Below are positions 20,893 through 32,618 of a DNA stretch of 64,000 nucleotides, one piece after another. How positions within the stretch are numbered: position 1 is the stretch's first letter; the number at the start of each line of letters is the position of its first letter. Made by a program: the position numbers and the translations under genes. This stretch comes from Candidatus Bathyarchaeota archaeon (GTDB lineage: Archaea; Thermoproteota; Bathyarchaeia; Bathyarchaeales; Bathycorpusculaceae). The DNA lies in the NCBI GenBank assembly GCA_963772455.1, contig CAVYXJ010000012.1:160001-224000 (forward strand). The letters run 5' to 3'. The notes beneath the pieces are model-generated. The model made no database searches and had not been told where the DNA came from. It saw nothing but the letters and a program-made list of their open reading frames with translations.

Positions 20893-21154
20893 ACTGTGGG
20901 ATTGAAAAATATTAGTGTTTGTGATTGAGGTTTAACAGCAACAAAAATTCCTATCCAATGTTAACTAAAGAAATTGAAAATGCGCTTCAAAAGACGATTA
21001 AAAATAAGAGAACAAAATTAAGAATCACCTCAAAGATGAATTCATTAAACATAAAAAACGCTACTCTTGAAAAAAGATTCTATGATGCATCTTCAAATTG
21101 GGATAAAAATTAATTTGATTGTTTGCTTTAGAATTGAAGAAAATATTTTAAAAG

Positions 21155-21173
21155 ACTAAAAAAGGGGAAAGAT
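21155..21173 (-). terminator. Family-shared terminator ATCTTTCCCCTTTTTTAGT
   Basis: Identical 19-mer after the PQQ-like genes at 46093 and 53710. Confidence 0.65.
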
Positions 21174-21192
21174 AGTTTTTTTGTTTGTGTGT

Positions 21193-23862
21193 TTATGCTC
21201 GTTTTCTAAGCATCATGAGCACTAGCAGACTAGTACTATGATGATTAAAACGAATAGACCCGCGATTGCTGGTACAAAGTACATGTCAGCTGATGATTGA
21301 GGTGGTGTTTCTGTTGGTGCTGCTGTTGGATGCGTTGGATCAACTGCAAATGAGGTTACTGAATGTGATGGCCAGTATGATTCAGATCCTGCGAAAGAAG
21401 CGTAGACTGTATATTGTCCTGTAATGTCTGGTTTCCAGTTGAAAGCGAAGAATCCATCAGTATTGCTTGTTGTTGTGCCAATTTCTCTATAGTTTCCGTT
21501 AGCGTCAAGAACGCTAAGAGTAACTAGGACACCTGTTGCATTGGTTGGAATTGGTTTTTGCATATAGATGTATTCCATCCATGGGGCCATGCTATCGTCT
21601 GATACGGCTGGAACTCCCTGTGGGAAGCGTGTTGCTATTTCATTGTCTTTGGTGCCTGCTGAAGTATCGATAACTGTTCCTTCAATAACAATATTGTCAC
21701 CTAAGGCTGTTGTTTTGGGTGAAACAGAAATCGTTGTTGAACTAGGTCCTTTGCCAACTGAATAGACAGAGTTGTCGTAGTAATTGTAGTATGCGAGGTA
21801 ACCGTCGGCTAATACAGCTGTTGAGCCTCCTTGTCCACCTGTTTGACCTGACCAGCTGAACATTGACCAAATTTCTTCACCTGTGAAGGCATCTAGGCAG
21901 TAGACTTTGGAGCCTCTGAATAGTGGTGCGTTTGGTGAGTGTTCATTGTTGAATGCATAGACTTTTCCATCTGCGACTGACGATATGAAGATTGGTCGAA
22001 GACCCCAGTTTGTTTCAAGGCCGCCGTTTGTATTGTTGAAGCGCCATACTATAGATTTCCGTTGTCGGCATTATAGCAGAAGATTTCTCCACCAAATCCT
22101 TGAACGTAAATGTTGCCATATGCGGTTACGCCTCTGGGTCTCTCCTCCTTCTCCGCTGCCGAAGAATTGGAGGCTTCTGAAATCAGTTGTTGTTGGACCC
22201 CATGCTTCAGCTCCTGTGTCAAGGTTATATCCTCTCCATTGCATGTCTTCAACGTCGTTCATTGTCCATATGCGGTTTATTGGGTCAACTGGTCTTAGTC
22301 TAACTGTTAGGTTTCCTGATTCTGGTGCTACATAGCTCTTTACCCATTTAATGGATGCTAATGTTCCTTGGGAAGCGTTTAGGTTTAGTGCCCACATTGT
22401 GTAGGGATTGTCTGTGAATCGAGCGCCTACTCCGGGTGCAAGGTTGCTGCTTCTGCCAAGTAAAATGTCATCAGGTAATACGGCAAATATTGCTGGAGCT
22501 GTGGATCCTGTTATGTCTCCGGTGAATGTTCTGTTCCAAGAATATGATGTGCTTGCGTTAATAACGTTGCCAACTGGTCTCCAACTGTTAATGTTGTATC
22601 CTGTGCCTATTGAAAGAAGTGCTTGGGTGCTATTCCAAAGAGCTATCCAACCTGCCTTAGCAGTAGTATTGTATCCTAGGACATAGCGGAGTATTTCGCC
22701 CTTAGCGTTGTAAACATCGGTTCCGGCTGGAACACTGGTTAAATTATACATCCATTTTCCAGTGTATGCATCGATTGCTTGCCAGACAGTGTAAGCTGCT
22801 GCACCTGTTCCCACGTTTGAAGTTTGCCACAGTACTCCTCCGACTACACCGTGTTGATTGGGTGATTCAAAATCAAGTAGTTGACCAAAGCTTGGCGCAG
22901 GAATTAATGTTGAAGTTGTAGCTGAGTTGTTGACATATGCGTTGAGATCTGCACGATACCAAATTTGCTGTCCAGTTCGAAGGTCATAACATGCGTATCC
23001 TCCACCGTTGCCTGAGTGTCCAAGTGGGTGCTGTACGTAAATGTAGCCGTTCATTATGATGGTATTTTGGAATCTGCCTTCGTATGATCCACCTGAATAT
23101 TCAGTGACGTCAGAGATCTCGGATGTTCCTCCTACGACTCCTCCGAATTCAATTGGCTTTGTCCATGCAATGTGTGGGGTGTTTGGTGCGATTCCATCCC
23201 TCTGCCAGAGATTGTAGTTAATTGACATCTGGAAGGTTCCGAAAGAGTTTCCTCGCAACCAATGAGATTTCTAGGCTTGACCATGCTAAGTTCTGTCCCT
23301 CAACAGGTCTAGACCAATATTCGGTCGGGAGCGGATACCATGGAACGGATGATATTGGTTCTTGTTGGACATCTAGCGTAATTGTTTTTGATGCTGGTGC
23401 GTAGGTGTCGTTTTCGTATACTGCATTTGTTGCTAGATCAGAAACGTAATTTGCAGCTCCCAATCTATTGGTCCATTTGTAGACTTGTCCACCATAGTCA
23501 AATTTGATTGTGTATGTACCGACTTGATCGGGTACATAAGAAATCGATTGCACATTTGTGGTGTCATCAATTACGTCCCAATGTTTGGTTTCAATTGTGC
23601 CGTCAGGCTTTGTGATGGTTAATGTGTAGTTTTCGCGTCTAATGTTGTTTGTAATCATTGATCCTGGTAAAGACACATCGATCCACATAGAGATGTAAGT
23701 ATTTTGTCCAACACCTATTGGGTCAGGTGCGGCAAATAGATATGCATAACTGTTAATTTTCCATGCGGGTGTATGAGCTTCCGTGCTGGGTACCAGTAAA
23801 AGCGATCCGGTCATTGCAAACAATAGAAATAAAGTATATACGAATGTTTTGAAATGTTTCAT
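21193..23862 (-). CDS. PQQ-like beta-propeller surface protein #1 (about 4 frameshifts)
   Basis: ORF fragments are colinear with intact paralogs: PDPIGVGQ, PLPTEYWSRP, YEGRF, EHSPNAPL, YSVGKGPS, GVPAVSD, TM plus LRKRA tail. Confidence 0.85.
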
Positions 23863-24289
23863 TGTTTTTTCTCCTTAAATCTGTGCTTTTATTTAATGTA
23901 AGCATTATATATAATTTTAAGGTCTGTGACTTAGGACAAAAAATATTATTTAATTAATTGAGTCATGAAGGTTCTAGTACATTATTAATACTTCATGCAA
24001 TAAGACCGAGTTGATAACTGTGAGAGCAAAAATTTAGCTGTAATTTTATAAACGCGGCAGTAATTCCAACTTTATTTGTGTTTTTTTCGAATCCTTACTA
24101 AAACTACTGCCAAAACAACTAAGGTGATAGCTAAAGCAGGCAGTCTTTGATAGTTCGCAATAAAAGGCTTGCAGTAAAGATTTCTTTATTAAACTTGATA
24201 TAAGAATCTTGACTACTCAAATGTTCTTTATCGATTTTGAAAAAAAAATGCATCTATTTTATCTACCTTAGAACCTTTTTACTTACCAT

Positions 24290-26670
24290 CTAACTTTTAT
24301 TGTTAGTTGAATTCTGAGAAGGTAAACGTATTGTAAAAGTAGTTCCTTGGTTTAATTTTGATTTCACTTTAATAGTTCCCCCATGTGCCTCAATTATCCG
24401 TTTACATATTGCTAAGCCAAAACCCATTCCTTGTGCTTTCGTGGTGAACAGTGGAGTGAAGAGTTTTTGCATAGTTTCTTCAGGTATTCCAGTGCCTGTG
24501 TCAGCAAAAACAATGTCCACCCAATCATTTCTATGGCAACTGCTTATCTCGATTGTACCTTTCTCAGGCATAGCGTCAATGGCGTTGTTAACAAGATTAA
24601 TAAAAACTCGCAGCATCTTGTCTGTATTGACCCAAATCAAATCCTCTTGTTGAACTCTGTTCACAATTTCTATTCGATCTGGAACCTTAATCACTTTTAT
24701 AGTCTCATCTACGAGAGCACGTGCAGAGTATCTTATTAGTTCCAAATGCATCTCTCGTGAATAATCAAGTAGATCGTTGATAATTTTGTCTGAGTGATCA
24801 ATTGCGTTATCGATGATTTCAAACATTTCTTTTGTTTGAGCTTCAGAAATTGTTGTACCTTTCCTTTTTAGGAAGTAGACAGCGTTTTTGATTCCTGCCA
24901 ATGGATTGCGCAAGTCATGGCCTATCATGCCTGATAGTTCACCTATAGCTGCAAAGCGTTCAGCCTTAACAAGGCGTTCATTTGCATCTTTCAACTGTTC
25001 GGTTCTTAGGTCGACCATGCATTTTAGGTGGTCTGAATAATTCTTTACTTTTCTTTCTAAAATTTTGCGATGTTCTTCAGCTTTCTTTCGTTCAGTAATA
25101 TCGATTGCAATCTCTACTGCTGAGGTAATATTTCCTTGATCATCCGTAATTGGAGTGGCGACTATTTGAACCCAGTAAGGATCGCCGTTAACGGTCGTGG
25201 AACAGTATTCGTGGGAGTCAAGAGTTGTTCTTCCTGCAAAAATCTTTACTATTCCGCAATCTGAGCAAGGTCCATTTAAATCGTTAAGTGAAGCATAGCA
25301 CAATTTTCCTACTGTATCACCTTTGTAGCGTTTAATGAAATCGTTTGCCCAAATTACGTGGTAGTCTTTATCGATAATTACCAAACCTGCCCCGATTGCT
25401 TTGGCAACGGATTCAAATTTGTTGCGTTTCAAGGAGAGCTATTTCACTTTTTTTGCGATCTGTAACGTCTCTTGCTGCGGCAAAAATTCCTTGTATCTCG
25501 CCTTGGGGGTTGCGGTAAATTGATGCGTTGTATAAAACATCTGTTACTATCCCCGATTTGTGTCGTATTGCCAATGGGTAATCTCTAACCAACCCTTCAG
25601 TGAAGACTTTCTGGTATCCTGCTCGGGCTTTTTCTGGTTCGGTAAAATAGCTTGAAAAATCACTTCCAACTAGGTCCATACGAGAGCAACCAGTTACTTT
25701 TTCGGTAGCCACATTGACGTCTGTAATTTTTCCTTCTTTACTAATTGTAACCAACGGATCTAAGCTTGCTTCAATTAGACTTCTTGAATATGACGAAGCG
25801 GCAAATAACTGCTTTTCAACATTTTTGCGCTCTGTGATATCAGTGACTATTCCCAGTATTGCTTTGTCGCCATTGTATTCTATTAGAGATGTGTTGATTA
25901 TTGCGTTAATTCTCTTGCCATCTCTTGTGATAAGTTCATATTCGTATGGAAGAACCTCTTCCAAATTCAAATGCTTCTCAAAAGCAGTCTTTACATCCTT
26001 AACATATTCTGGTGGATTAAGAGAAAGAAAATCAAAGTTAGGAGAATAGAATTCTTCCTTACTGTAACCAGTAATTTCTTCACATTTCTTGTTTGCGTAA
26101 ACCACCCTGCCCCGTTTGTTGATAAAAATCATGTTTGGTGATTGTTCAGCTAAATTTCTGAATTTTTCCTCGCTTTCATTTAATGCTGCTTCAGTTTTTT
26201 TGTTAATTGTGACGTCTCTGAAAATATTTATGATACTAACGATTTTTCCTTTCTTATTTTTTATAAATTTAGTTCCAACTTCGACAAAACTATGTTGCCT
26301 TTTTTGTGTTTTAAGTTTAATGTAACTATTTTCTTTTCTTCACCTTTTTGGATTGCCTCCAAGAAAAGATTCAACAATTTTGACGTATCAAAAAATTTTA
26401 ATGCGTCAAGTTTGATAAAATTCTTGCCAATTACCTCCTCTCGAGTATAACCAAGAAGCTCTTCAACCCGATTATTTACATTGCTAGGATTTTTCCATGA
26501 TTGTCTGAATAAGTAATTACATCTTGGACGTTTTCAAATAGTATTCTAAATTTCTCATCATCAGTAGTAAACAGGGTGTCTTTAGAGTCTGCAATATCTT
26601 CACCAGTGGATAATATCCCGACTGGAAGATTTTCCACTGTTAACTTAGAAGCAGAACTATCTTCATCCAT
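24290..26670 (-). CDS. Cytoplasmic multi-PAS histidine kinase (frameshifted)
   Basis: Four PAS units (FRILFENVQD, FRNLAEQSPNM, LIEASLDPLV, GAGLVIIDKD), H-box GHDLRNPL, NAIDAM, DTGTG, GMGFGL. Frame breaks near 26475, 26330 and 25420. Confidence 0.85.
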
Positions 26671-26878
26671 AGACAAGAATGTTGATGGTAAATTAAAAAC
26701 AATTATGAATTCTACTTTCATATCCAGAATTCCAGAATCAAAGAAAGAGACGAATTGTCTGAGGTCATAAAAAGAATCCAGTTTCTTTACATCAGATAAC
26801 CGCTTTGTTACTGTATCGCCACAGTTACACAAGTTTAATAGCCATTTACATTATAGAGTTTGATTGGAGATGTAGGCT

Positions 26879-27205
26879 TTGGCCATTTTAGATGACATTT
26901 TTGGATTCATTACTTCTGGAAACATAGGCGGAATACCAACATTTGTTATAATGATTATTCCGTTTGTAGTCGGATTAATAATAGGTTACTTACTTCACAA
27001 ATTCTTAAAGATCGCAATAATAGCTGCAATCATTATTGTTATAGTTGCTTACCTTGGATTTTTTGGCTTAAGTCTTGGTGCATTGAAGAATCTAGCAGAT
27101 ATTTATGGTCCTGTAGCAATTCAGTACGGAGTACTTCTAATAGGAATATTACCGCTCGGCCTTGGATTCATCGTTGGGGCAATAATAGGCTTCATATTCT
27201 CATAA
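26879..27205 (+). CDS. Small membrane protein (FUN14-like)
   Basis: GLIIGYLLHKFLKIAII...LPLGLGFIVG pattern. Confidence 0.65.
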   Translation: MAILDDIFGFITSGNIGGIPTFVIMIIPFVVGLIIGYLLHKFLKIAIIAAIIIVIVAYLGFFGLSLGALKNLADIYGPVAIQYGVLLIGILPLGLGFIVGAIIGFIFS

Positions 27206-27272
27206 ACTCAATCTCTCTTTGAGTCATTTACCGCATAATAGGTATAGCATGTATTTTTAATACCTTACTTCT

Positions 27273-27855
27273 ATTCAATTATGTTTTTTGCCGTAATCAT
27301 TTTGAATTCACTGATCGCTTTTTATTCCGAGTTTTATTTAAAAGGTTTTGCAGGGCGAATTCATAGAAAAACTGAGAAAGAGAATAAATGATTTTGTAAT
27401 TTAATTGCTTCTTCTTTGATCAACTGTGAAAGATCAATGAATTAATTGACTTTCTTCTCATTTTCAGGAGCTTTGTTATTCTTGAAATCTTTTTTGTTTT
27501 TGTCCATTTTTTCTTTAAAGACTCTCTTGCGAATTCCTTTTCGTTTCGTTTTTCTTTTTCGATTAATTCAATTATGTTTTTTGCCGTTATCATTTTGAAT
27601 TCACTTTACGCTTTCTATTGCGAGTTTTATTTAAAAGGTTTTGCAGGACTATTTTAATAAGAAAAACTGAGAAAGAGAATAAATGATTTTGTTATTTGTT
27701 TGCTTCTTCTTTAGTCAGCTATGAATGATCAATGAATTAATTGACTTTCTTCTCATTTTCAGGAGCTTTGTTATTCTTGAAATCTTTTTTGTCTTTGTCC
27801 ATTTTTTCTTTAAAAATTTTCTTGCGCATTCCTTTTCGTTTTATATGTTTATTTT
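27273..27855. repeat. Diverged ~293-bp tandem duplication of the 3' end and downstream flank of the 27737-29308 gene
   Basis: ATTCAATTATGTTTTTTGCCG starts at 27273 and 27566. Both copies contain TTAATTGACTTTCTTCTCATTTTCAGGAGCTTTG. Confidence 0.9.
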
Positions 27856-29308
27856 TATCACTTTCGGTCTTTGCTTCAAAATCTTTTTCGGTACTATCTC
27901 TTTCTTCTTTGTATTCGCTTCGATCAGTGCCGGATTTTTCCTCAAAATCTTTTTTGTCACTATCCCTTTTTTCTTCGTAAGCTTTTTCTTTATTATCTCT
28001 TAGTTCTTCGAAGTCTTTTTTGTCAGTGTCAGTCTTTTCATCAAAAGCTTTTTCACGAATATCTCTTTGCTCTTTGTAGTCTCTTTCATTGGTATCTCTT
28101 ATTTTTTCGAAATCCTGCTTTTCGCTGTCAGTTTTTTCTTCAAAAGCTTTTTCGGTTACATCTCTTTGTTCTTTATACTCGGCCCTATCACTGCCAGATT
28201 TTTCGTCAAAATCTTTTTGTTTAATGTCAGTTTGTTTATCGAAATCTTTTCTTTCTCTTTTTTCTTTTTGTTTATAGGCTTTGTTCAATATTTTTTCCTC
28301 AATAGTTCCTAATCCATAAACTTGGAAAAATACGAAAGAAGTTACAAATACAAACCAGAAACCCGCAAAACCTGCTAGCAAACTTGAAGCTTGGGCCAAT
28401 GAAATATTGATTCCCAGAACTTGATAAAGACCACTGGAAATTATTTGTGAGAAGCCCGAAAGTGCTATTCCTTGATTGCTAATCGTACTAACAATTGTAT
28501 TTGTAATTACGACTTTATCTAATCCAGTGACTATTCCTAGCGCAACGAAAACAAGATATAACGCTGCAATGCTGCAAACCCAGGCCATGGTTTGATGAAA
28601 CAAGGGCTTAACCATGCTTTTTGGTTTTTTCTTAATAATCATTATTACGTCATGGAAATTAGCGATTTGAGTAGTGATGTTTTCTTCAAAATCCCCGCTG
28701 GGTTTTTTACGCTTTATTTTTGCCATTATTCTAACGAGAAATTTAAGAAGCCTTTTTGTTACAGAAACATTTGTACTCAAATAAACTATTAACACAAGTG
28801 GCAGTGCAAAGAACAACATGGTTATTCCAATAGCTGTTAAAACCAGAGCATTGACTGAATAAAACACAACCAAAAGAACCATCCCAATTATCAAGGATAA
28901 TATGGTAACTAAGAGTTCAAGAATGTCTTTAACTATTACAGAAGCTGCTACTTTTACTATATCTACGCCTTCATCTTTCCCCAGAAGATAAGTCATGAAG
29001 ATATCTCCCGACCATCCTCCAACTATAATGCAGTCAAGAAAAGCACCGACTCGACCAAGACAAAATACTCTTTTGAATGTGGTTTTTACTGAAACGTTAT
29101 CAAGGGTAGCCTTCCAAGCTAACGAATTGAATAATGCTTCACCTATGATACATAAGAAAACCAGAAAATAGATTGGAATACTTATACCGCTAATTATTAC
29201 AGCAACTTTTGTAATATCTGTAAAGAAAAAAAGGTAGACAACAAAAATTATGAAACCAATTATGGCTAGTAAACTAACCCATTTCTTAATTTCTGGTCTA
29301 TTTGACAT
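27737..29308 (-). CDS. UPF0104/LPG-synthase-TM flippase-like membrane protein with C-terminal 11-residue charged repeats
   Basis: N-terminal ~335 aa multi-TM region (W...L, GG.SGD motif). Tail repeats such as TEKAFEEKTDS and DKKDFEELRDN. Confidence 0.8.
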   Translation of the reverse strand: MSNRPEIKKWVSLLAIIGFIIFVVYLFFFTDITKVAVIISGISIPIYFLVFLCIIGEALFNSLAWKATLDNVSVKTTFKRVFCLGRVGAFLDCIIVGGWSGDIFMTYLLGKDEGVDIVKVAASVIVKDILELLVTILSLIIGMVLLVVFYSVNALVLTAIGITMLFFALPLVLIVYLSTNVSVTKRLLKFLVRIMAKIKRKKPSGDFEENITTQIANFHDVIMIIKKKPKSMVKPLFHQTMAWVCSIAALYLVFVALGIVTGLDKVVITNTIVSTISNQGIALSGFSQIISSGLYQVLGINISLAQASSLLAGFAGFWFVFVTSFVFFQVYGLGTIEEKILNKAYKQKEKRERKDFDKQTDIKQKDFDEKSGSDRAEYKEQRDVTEKAFEEKTDSEKQDFEKIRDTNERDYKEQRDIREKAFDEKTDTDKKDFEELRDNKEKAYEEKRDSDKKDFEEKSGTDRSEYKEERDSTEKDFEAKTESDKNKHIKRKGMRKKIFKEKMDKDKKDFKNNKAPENEKKVN

Positions 29309-29442
29309 TATTTAACAAATACCTAATTGTCTGTCCTATTAACTTACTGATTTTGCATTATATTCACTTTAAGTTTACGTTTTGATTAAACGCTTCAGCT
29401 CATGTGAGTTTACAGTTTCTTAGGACAGATTTCATTGGTTGT

Positions 29443-29643
29443 TTAGGCTTTCTTTGGTTTTATACATAGTTTAACGTTGATTTCAACGGTGTATTCTTTG
29501 TCCACGTTTCCAACTGCAAAGTTCCAGTTCTTTACTTCAACATCCATGTCCTGAAAATGATTCATTAAAGTATCCTTATATTCGCTTACGGTCTGGCCTA
29601 TTTTCTGCAACCGCTCAGTTATATCTATATTTTTATCAGTCAT
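29443..29643 (-). CDS. Small hypothetical protein
   Basis: MTDKNIDITERLQK...; AGGTG RBS. Confidence 0.65.
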   Translation of the reverse strand: MTDKNIDITERLQKIGQTVSEYKDTLMNHFQDMDVEVKNWNFAVGNVDKEYTVEINVKLCIKPKKA

Positions 29644-29886
29644 CAAAAACACCTAAAATTATTATTCAACATAACAAATAACCTTCTTTATGCTTCTTAA
29701 GTTTATGTTGCTGGGAACTAACACCAACGTCTTAATTCAACCTTCCAGGTGCATGCACATTTTCTTTGAGAGCGCTTATCTCCTTTATTATCAATCCATG
29801 ATTCTTTTTCAATGAAGTTGAAAGCATCCTCAGTAAAAGAAATCTTTAAATTTAAATTGAAAAATAAGAATTTAAAAAAACATTAA

Positions 29887-30393
29887 TCAGAAATATTTCA
29901 TAATGAAATCTCTAGCAGTCTTATGACTTGCCATGATTTCAACGATCTTTCTTGTAGCTTGAGTTAATTGCGTATCAAACAGTCTTGTTATAACCAGCGA
30001 AATCCCAAACACAAATACACCAAAGATAATTCCTGTGATAGCGTTTATTGTACCTACTGAAAATATGAAAAGGAATGTAACTGCTGATCCAATAATTCCC
30101 ATGATGAATGATCTTATAATGAAGTAGAGTCGATGCAACCACGTAGAAAACAAAAGAACCTTTATCACAGCTCTTTTCTCAATCTCACTTTCAGTTCCAT
30201 TGATATGCTTTGCTCCTATTTGTTGTAGAACGCTTCTTGCATAATGAATATCTGCTAAATGCAATATTCTTTTTGCGTAACGAACGTCGGATAAATCCGT
30301 TGAACTTGCACATTCAAGCTCTGACAAAATCCTTTGCGCAATTTCATCTATTATGGAATCTACTCTGTCTACTTTAGTAATTCTTGCAACCAT
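29887..30393 (-). CDS. Hypothetical membrane protein
   Basis: 168 aa, two TM helices, GGTGGG RBS. Confidence 0.7.
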   Translation of the reverse strand: MVARITKVDRVDSIIDEIAQRILSELECASSTDLSDVRYAKRILHLADIHYARSVLQQIGAKHINGTESEIEKRAVIKVLLFSTWLHRLYFIIRSFIMGIIGSAVTFLFIFSVGTINAITGIIFGVFVFGISLVITRLFDTQLTQATRKIVEIMASHKTARDFIMKYF

Positions 30394-30623
30394 TGTCCCA
30401 CCAGAGAAGAACCTGTGGATTTAAAGTGAAAAAGCAATTTCTCATAAACTAATTCAACGTCTTTCTTATGTTAGAAGCTTCAAGTTCTCTTTTAAGTGTT
30501 CGTGACTGAGGACCCACAGCAACAAGTACCTAGTTAACTTTTTCATCTAAAAATGGTGGAAAAATGGGTAGGCTTCTAAAAATAAGTCAATCTCAATTTA
30601 GAAGGATCAAATTCAAAGTTCAT

Positions 30624-30956
30624 TTATGCTTTTCTGGTTAAAGCTACGATGAGTCCAAGTAATCCTCCTAAAATAACTAGTGTTCCTCCTAGTCCGCCGC
30701 CGATTATGCCCACTATTATGAGTACGATTGCCCAGACAAGAGTACTTGCACTTCTAGCACCGATTATTGCAATGACACCGCAGATGATGCTGATGATACC
30801 ACCCCCGAAGGCGAGGCTAGCGAAGCCCCAGCCCCAATAAAGGAACGAAGGTCCAAAAGAAGATCCAATTAGTGATATCAAACCAAAGAGTACCAGCAAT
30901 ATTCCTCCTATAAGGGCTAAGATGTAAGCTATTTGAGAAATTGATGTATCTGCCAT
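30624..30956 (-). CDS. Gly-rich small membrane protein
   Basis: GGAGGTGA RBS before the ATG at 30956; 3-4 TM helices. Confidence 0.8.
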   Translation of the reverse strand: MADTSISQIAYILALIGGILLVLFGLISLIGSSFGPSFLYWGWGFASLAFGGGIISIICGVIAIIGARSASTLVWAIVLIIVGIIGGGLGGTLVILGGLLGLIVALTRKA

Positions 30957-31299
30957 ATACGAATTCACCTCCCTTACATAGTAAATAAGGGATTTAGAAC
31001 TGTTCGAAAGCAACTTGCCGCCTGCATAACGTGAGTTCAGTTATTTTGACAAGAACTGAATTCTGTTATACAATCAGGACTTAGTTTGTGCCGCAAACAA
31101 AAATTCTATTGTTATTCTTTAGTTGAGCGCGAATAAAAAGGTTAGCCCTAAGTTAAATATTAAACAAGTATTAGGATCTAAATCTTTAGCTCTCAATGAA
31201 TGGCTGATGTTTTGACTAATTCTTGGGAAGGTTGGAAAGAATTAATTTAGTTGAGAATAATATTATTTGGACAATGTTGCCTTGAGTTGGTAAAAGATA

Positions 31300-31467
31300 A
31301 TGAATACTCTCTCTATACTTCTGGTTGGTTTAGGTCTTTGGCTAATCATAGACGGCGTTTTGAGTATAATTAAATATTCCGAGCAGAGTTTTCCTGAACA
31401 ACTAATTAGAGCAATAAGGTTTACAATTGGAATTATAATAATCGTTGTGAGCATAGTTCAAAATTAA
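31300..31467 (+). CDS. Small 2-TM protein
   Basis: Manual translation MNTLSILLVGLGLWLIIDGVLSIIKY..Q...EQLIRAIRFTIG. Confidence 0.55.
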   Translation: MNTLSILLVGLGLWLIIDGVLSIIKYSEQSFPEQLIRAIRFTIGIIIIVVSIVQN

Positions 31468-31612
31468 ATAAATCGTGTCGAAAATGTTTCAGTGCCTTGT
31501 TGGATTTTGGACTGAATTGGCTTGGAAAAAGTGATGTTCTAAAGCCAATTATCTTTATATTCTTAAAATTACCCAATAATTATTGATCAGTTAGAAGTCG
31601 ACGGTTGTTCTC

Positions 31613-32533
31613 ATGAATCTTTCTACCCATATAGTATTTGGTATAATTGTTGGAGCCCTATTGTTTGGCAAACCAGAAATAGCACTAATGGTTGGAATCG
31701 GCTCTGCAATTAATGACCTCGATCGAGAATACGGTTTCTTTAGCAAAGAATCCTTTCGACGTCGACAAATTCACCGTGCACTATTTCATAATTTCTTGTT
31801 CATAGGTATAGTATATTTGATAAACCCTTTTTTTGGAATTGGAGCTTTTCTTCATTCATTTCTAGATTCATTCACAACAACAAGAGACAGAGGTGTTGAA
31901 TGGCTATACCCTTTTTCAAGATTGGTGTCTAAAGCAGTTTATGATTCAGACGGCAAAAAATTGCCTCTTGATCCAAAACATAAAATTTATTTTCTTTCCA
32001 ATGACTTGCCCGGACTGACTCAAAGAACTACAAAAGATATCAAACCAGGCCAAACACCCGTTCCCAATAGACGAGTTTATGGTCCGGCTCTTTCGGGAAA
32101 GTTTCTTGACAGAAGTATTTTTTTTGGGTCTATTGCTCTTTTTTTCCTTTTGGTTCTTTTTTCTGTTCTTGGCTTGCGGCAGTTTATCGATTTAAGCTTT
32201 CAAAATATAACGCTTTCATTTACCCTTCCATTGCTTATAGTTTCGATAGGAATCATTTTGAATTTTCTTGTCGGGGAACTTGACCGAAAAAACCAAGTTA
32301 AGACCAAGACAGATAGGCCATTCAAATTTTCGTTTGTCTTGACGATTGGAATAATCATTTTTGGAATAGTTCTTGGAGGAATAATGAATCTCGCAGCTGT
32401 ATCTAATGCGTTAAGTCTTTTGCCATATATTGCTATTGGAATAGTCGTTGTTGTTTTAGTCTCCTTAGGAGTATGGATCTTTTCTACGAGAGGTTTTTCT
32501 TTAGACAGCAAAAAAGAGCCACTCATCGTATAA
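31613..32533 (+). CDS. Metal-dependent membrane hydrolase (YdjM-like)
   Basis: TH, DLD, HRALFHN, HSFLDSFT and GV.WLYPF motifs. Confidence 0.85.
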   Translation: MNLSTHIVFGIIVGALLFGKPEIALMVGIGSAINDLDREYGFFSKESFRRRQIHRALFHNFLFIGIVYLINPFFGIGAFLHSFLDSFTTTRDRGVEWLYPFSRLVSKAVYDSDGKKLPLDPKHKIYFLSNDLPGLTQRTTKDIKPGQTPVPNRRVYGPALSGKFLDRSIFFGSIALFFLLVLFSVLGLRQFIDLSFQNITLSFTLPLLIVSIGIILNFLVGELDRKNQVKTKTDRPFKFSFVLTIGIIIFGIVLGGIMNLAAVSNALSLLPYIAIGIVVVVLVSLGVWIFSTRGFSLDSKKEPLIV

Positions 32534-32618
32534 CAATAAAAATTTCTATATTTTTTTATTAGCTTACAGCTTTGTTGCTGTTATCGCAAATTAGGAATTT
32601 TATTGAGTTGTCACCTTG

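Noticed and set aside
27860-28260. 33-bp periodicity suggesting a CRISPR array
   Set aside because: Degenerate coding repeats inside an ORF; no constant repeat with unique spacers and no cas genes.
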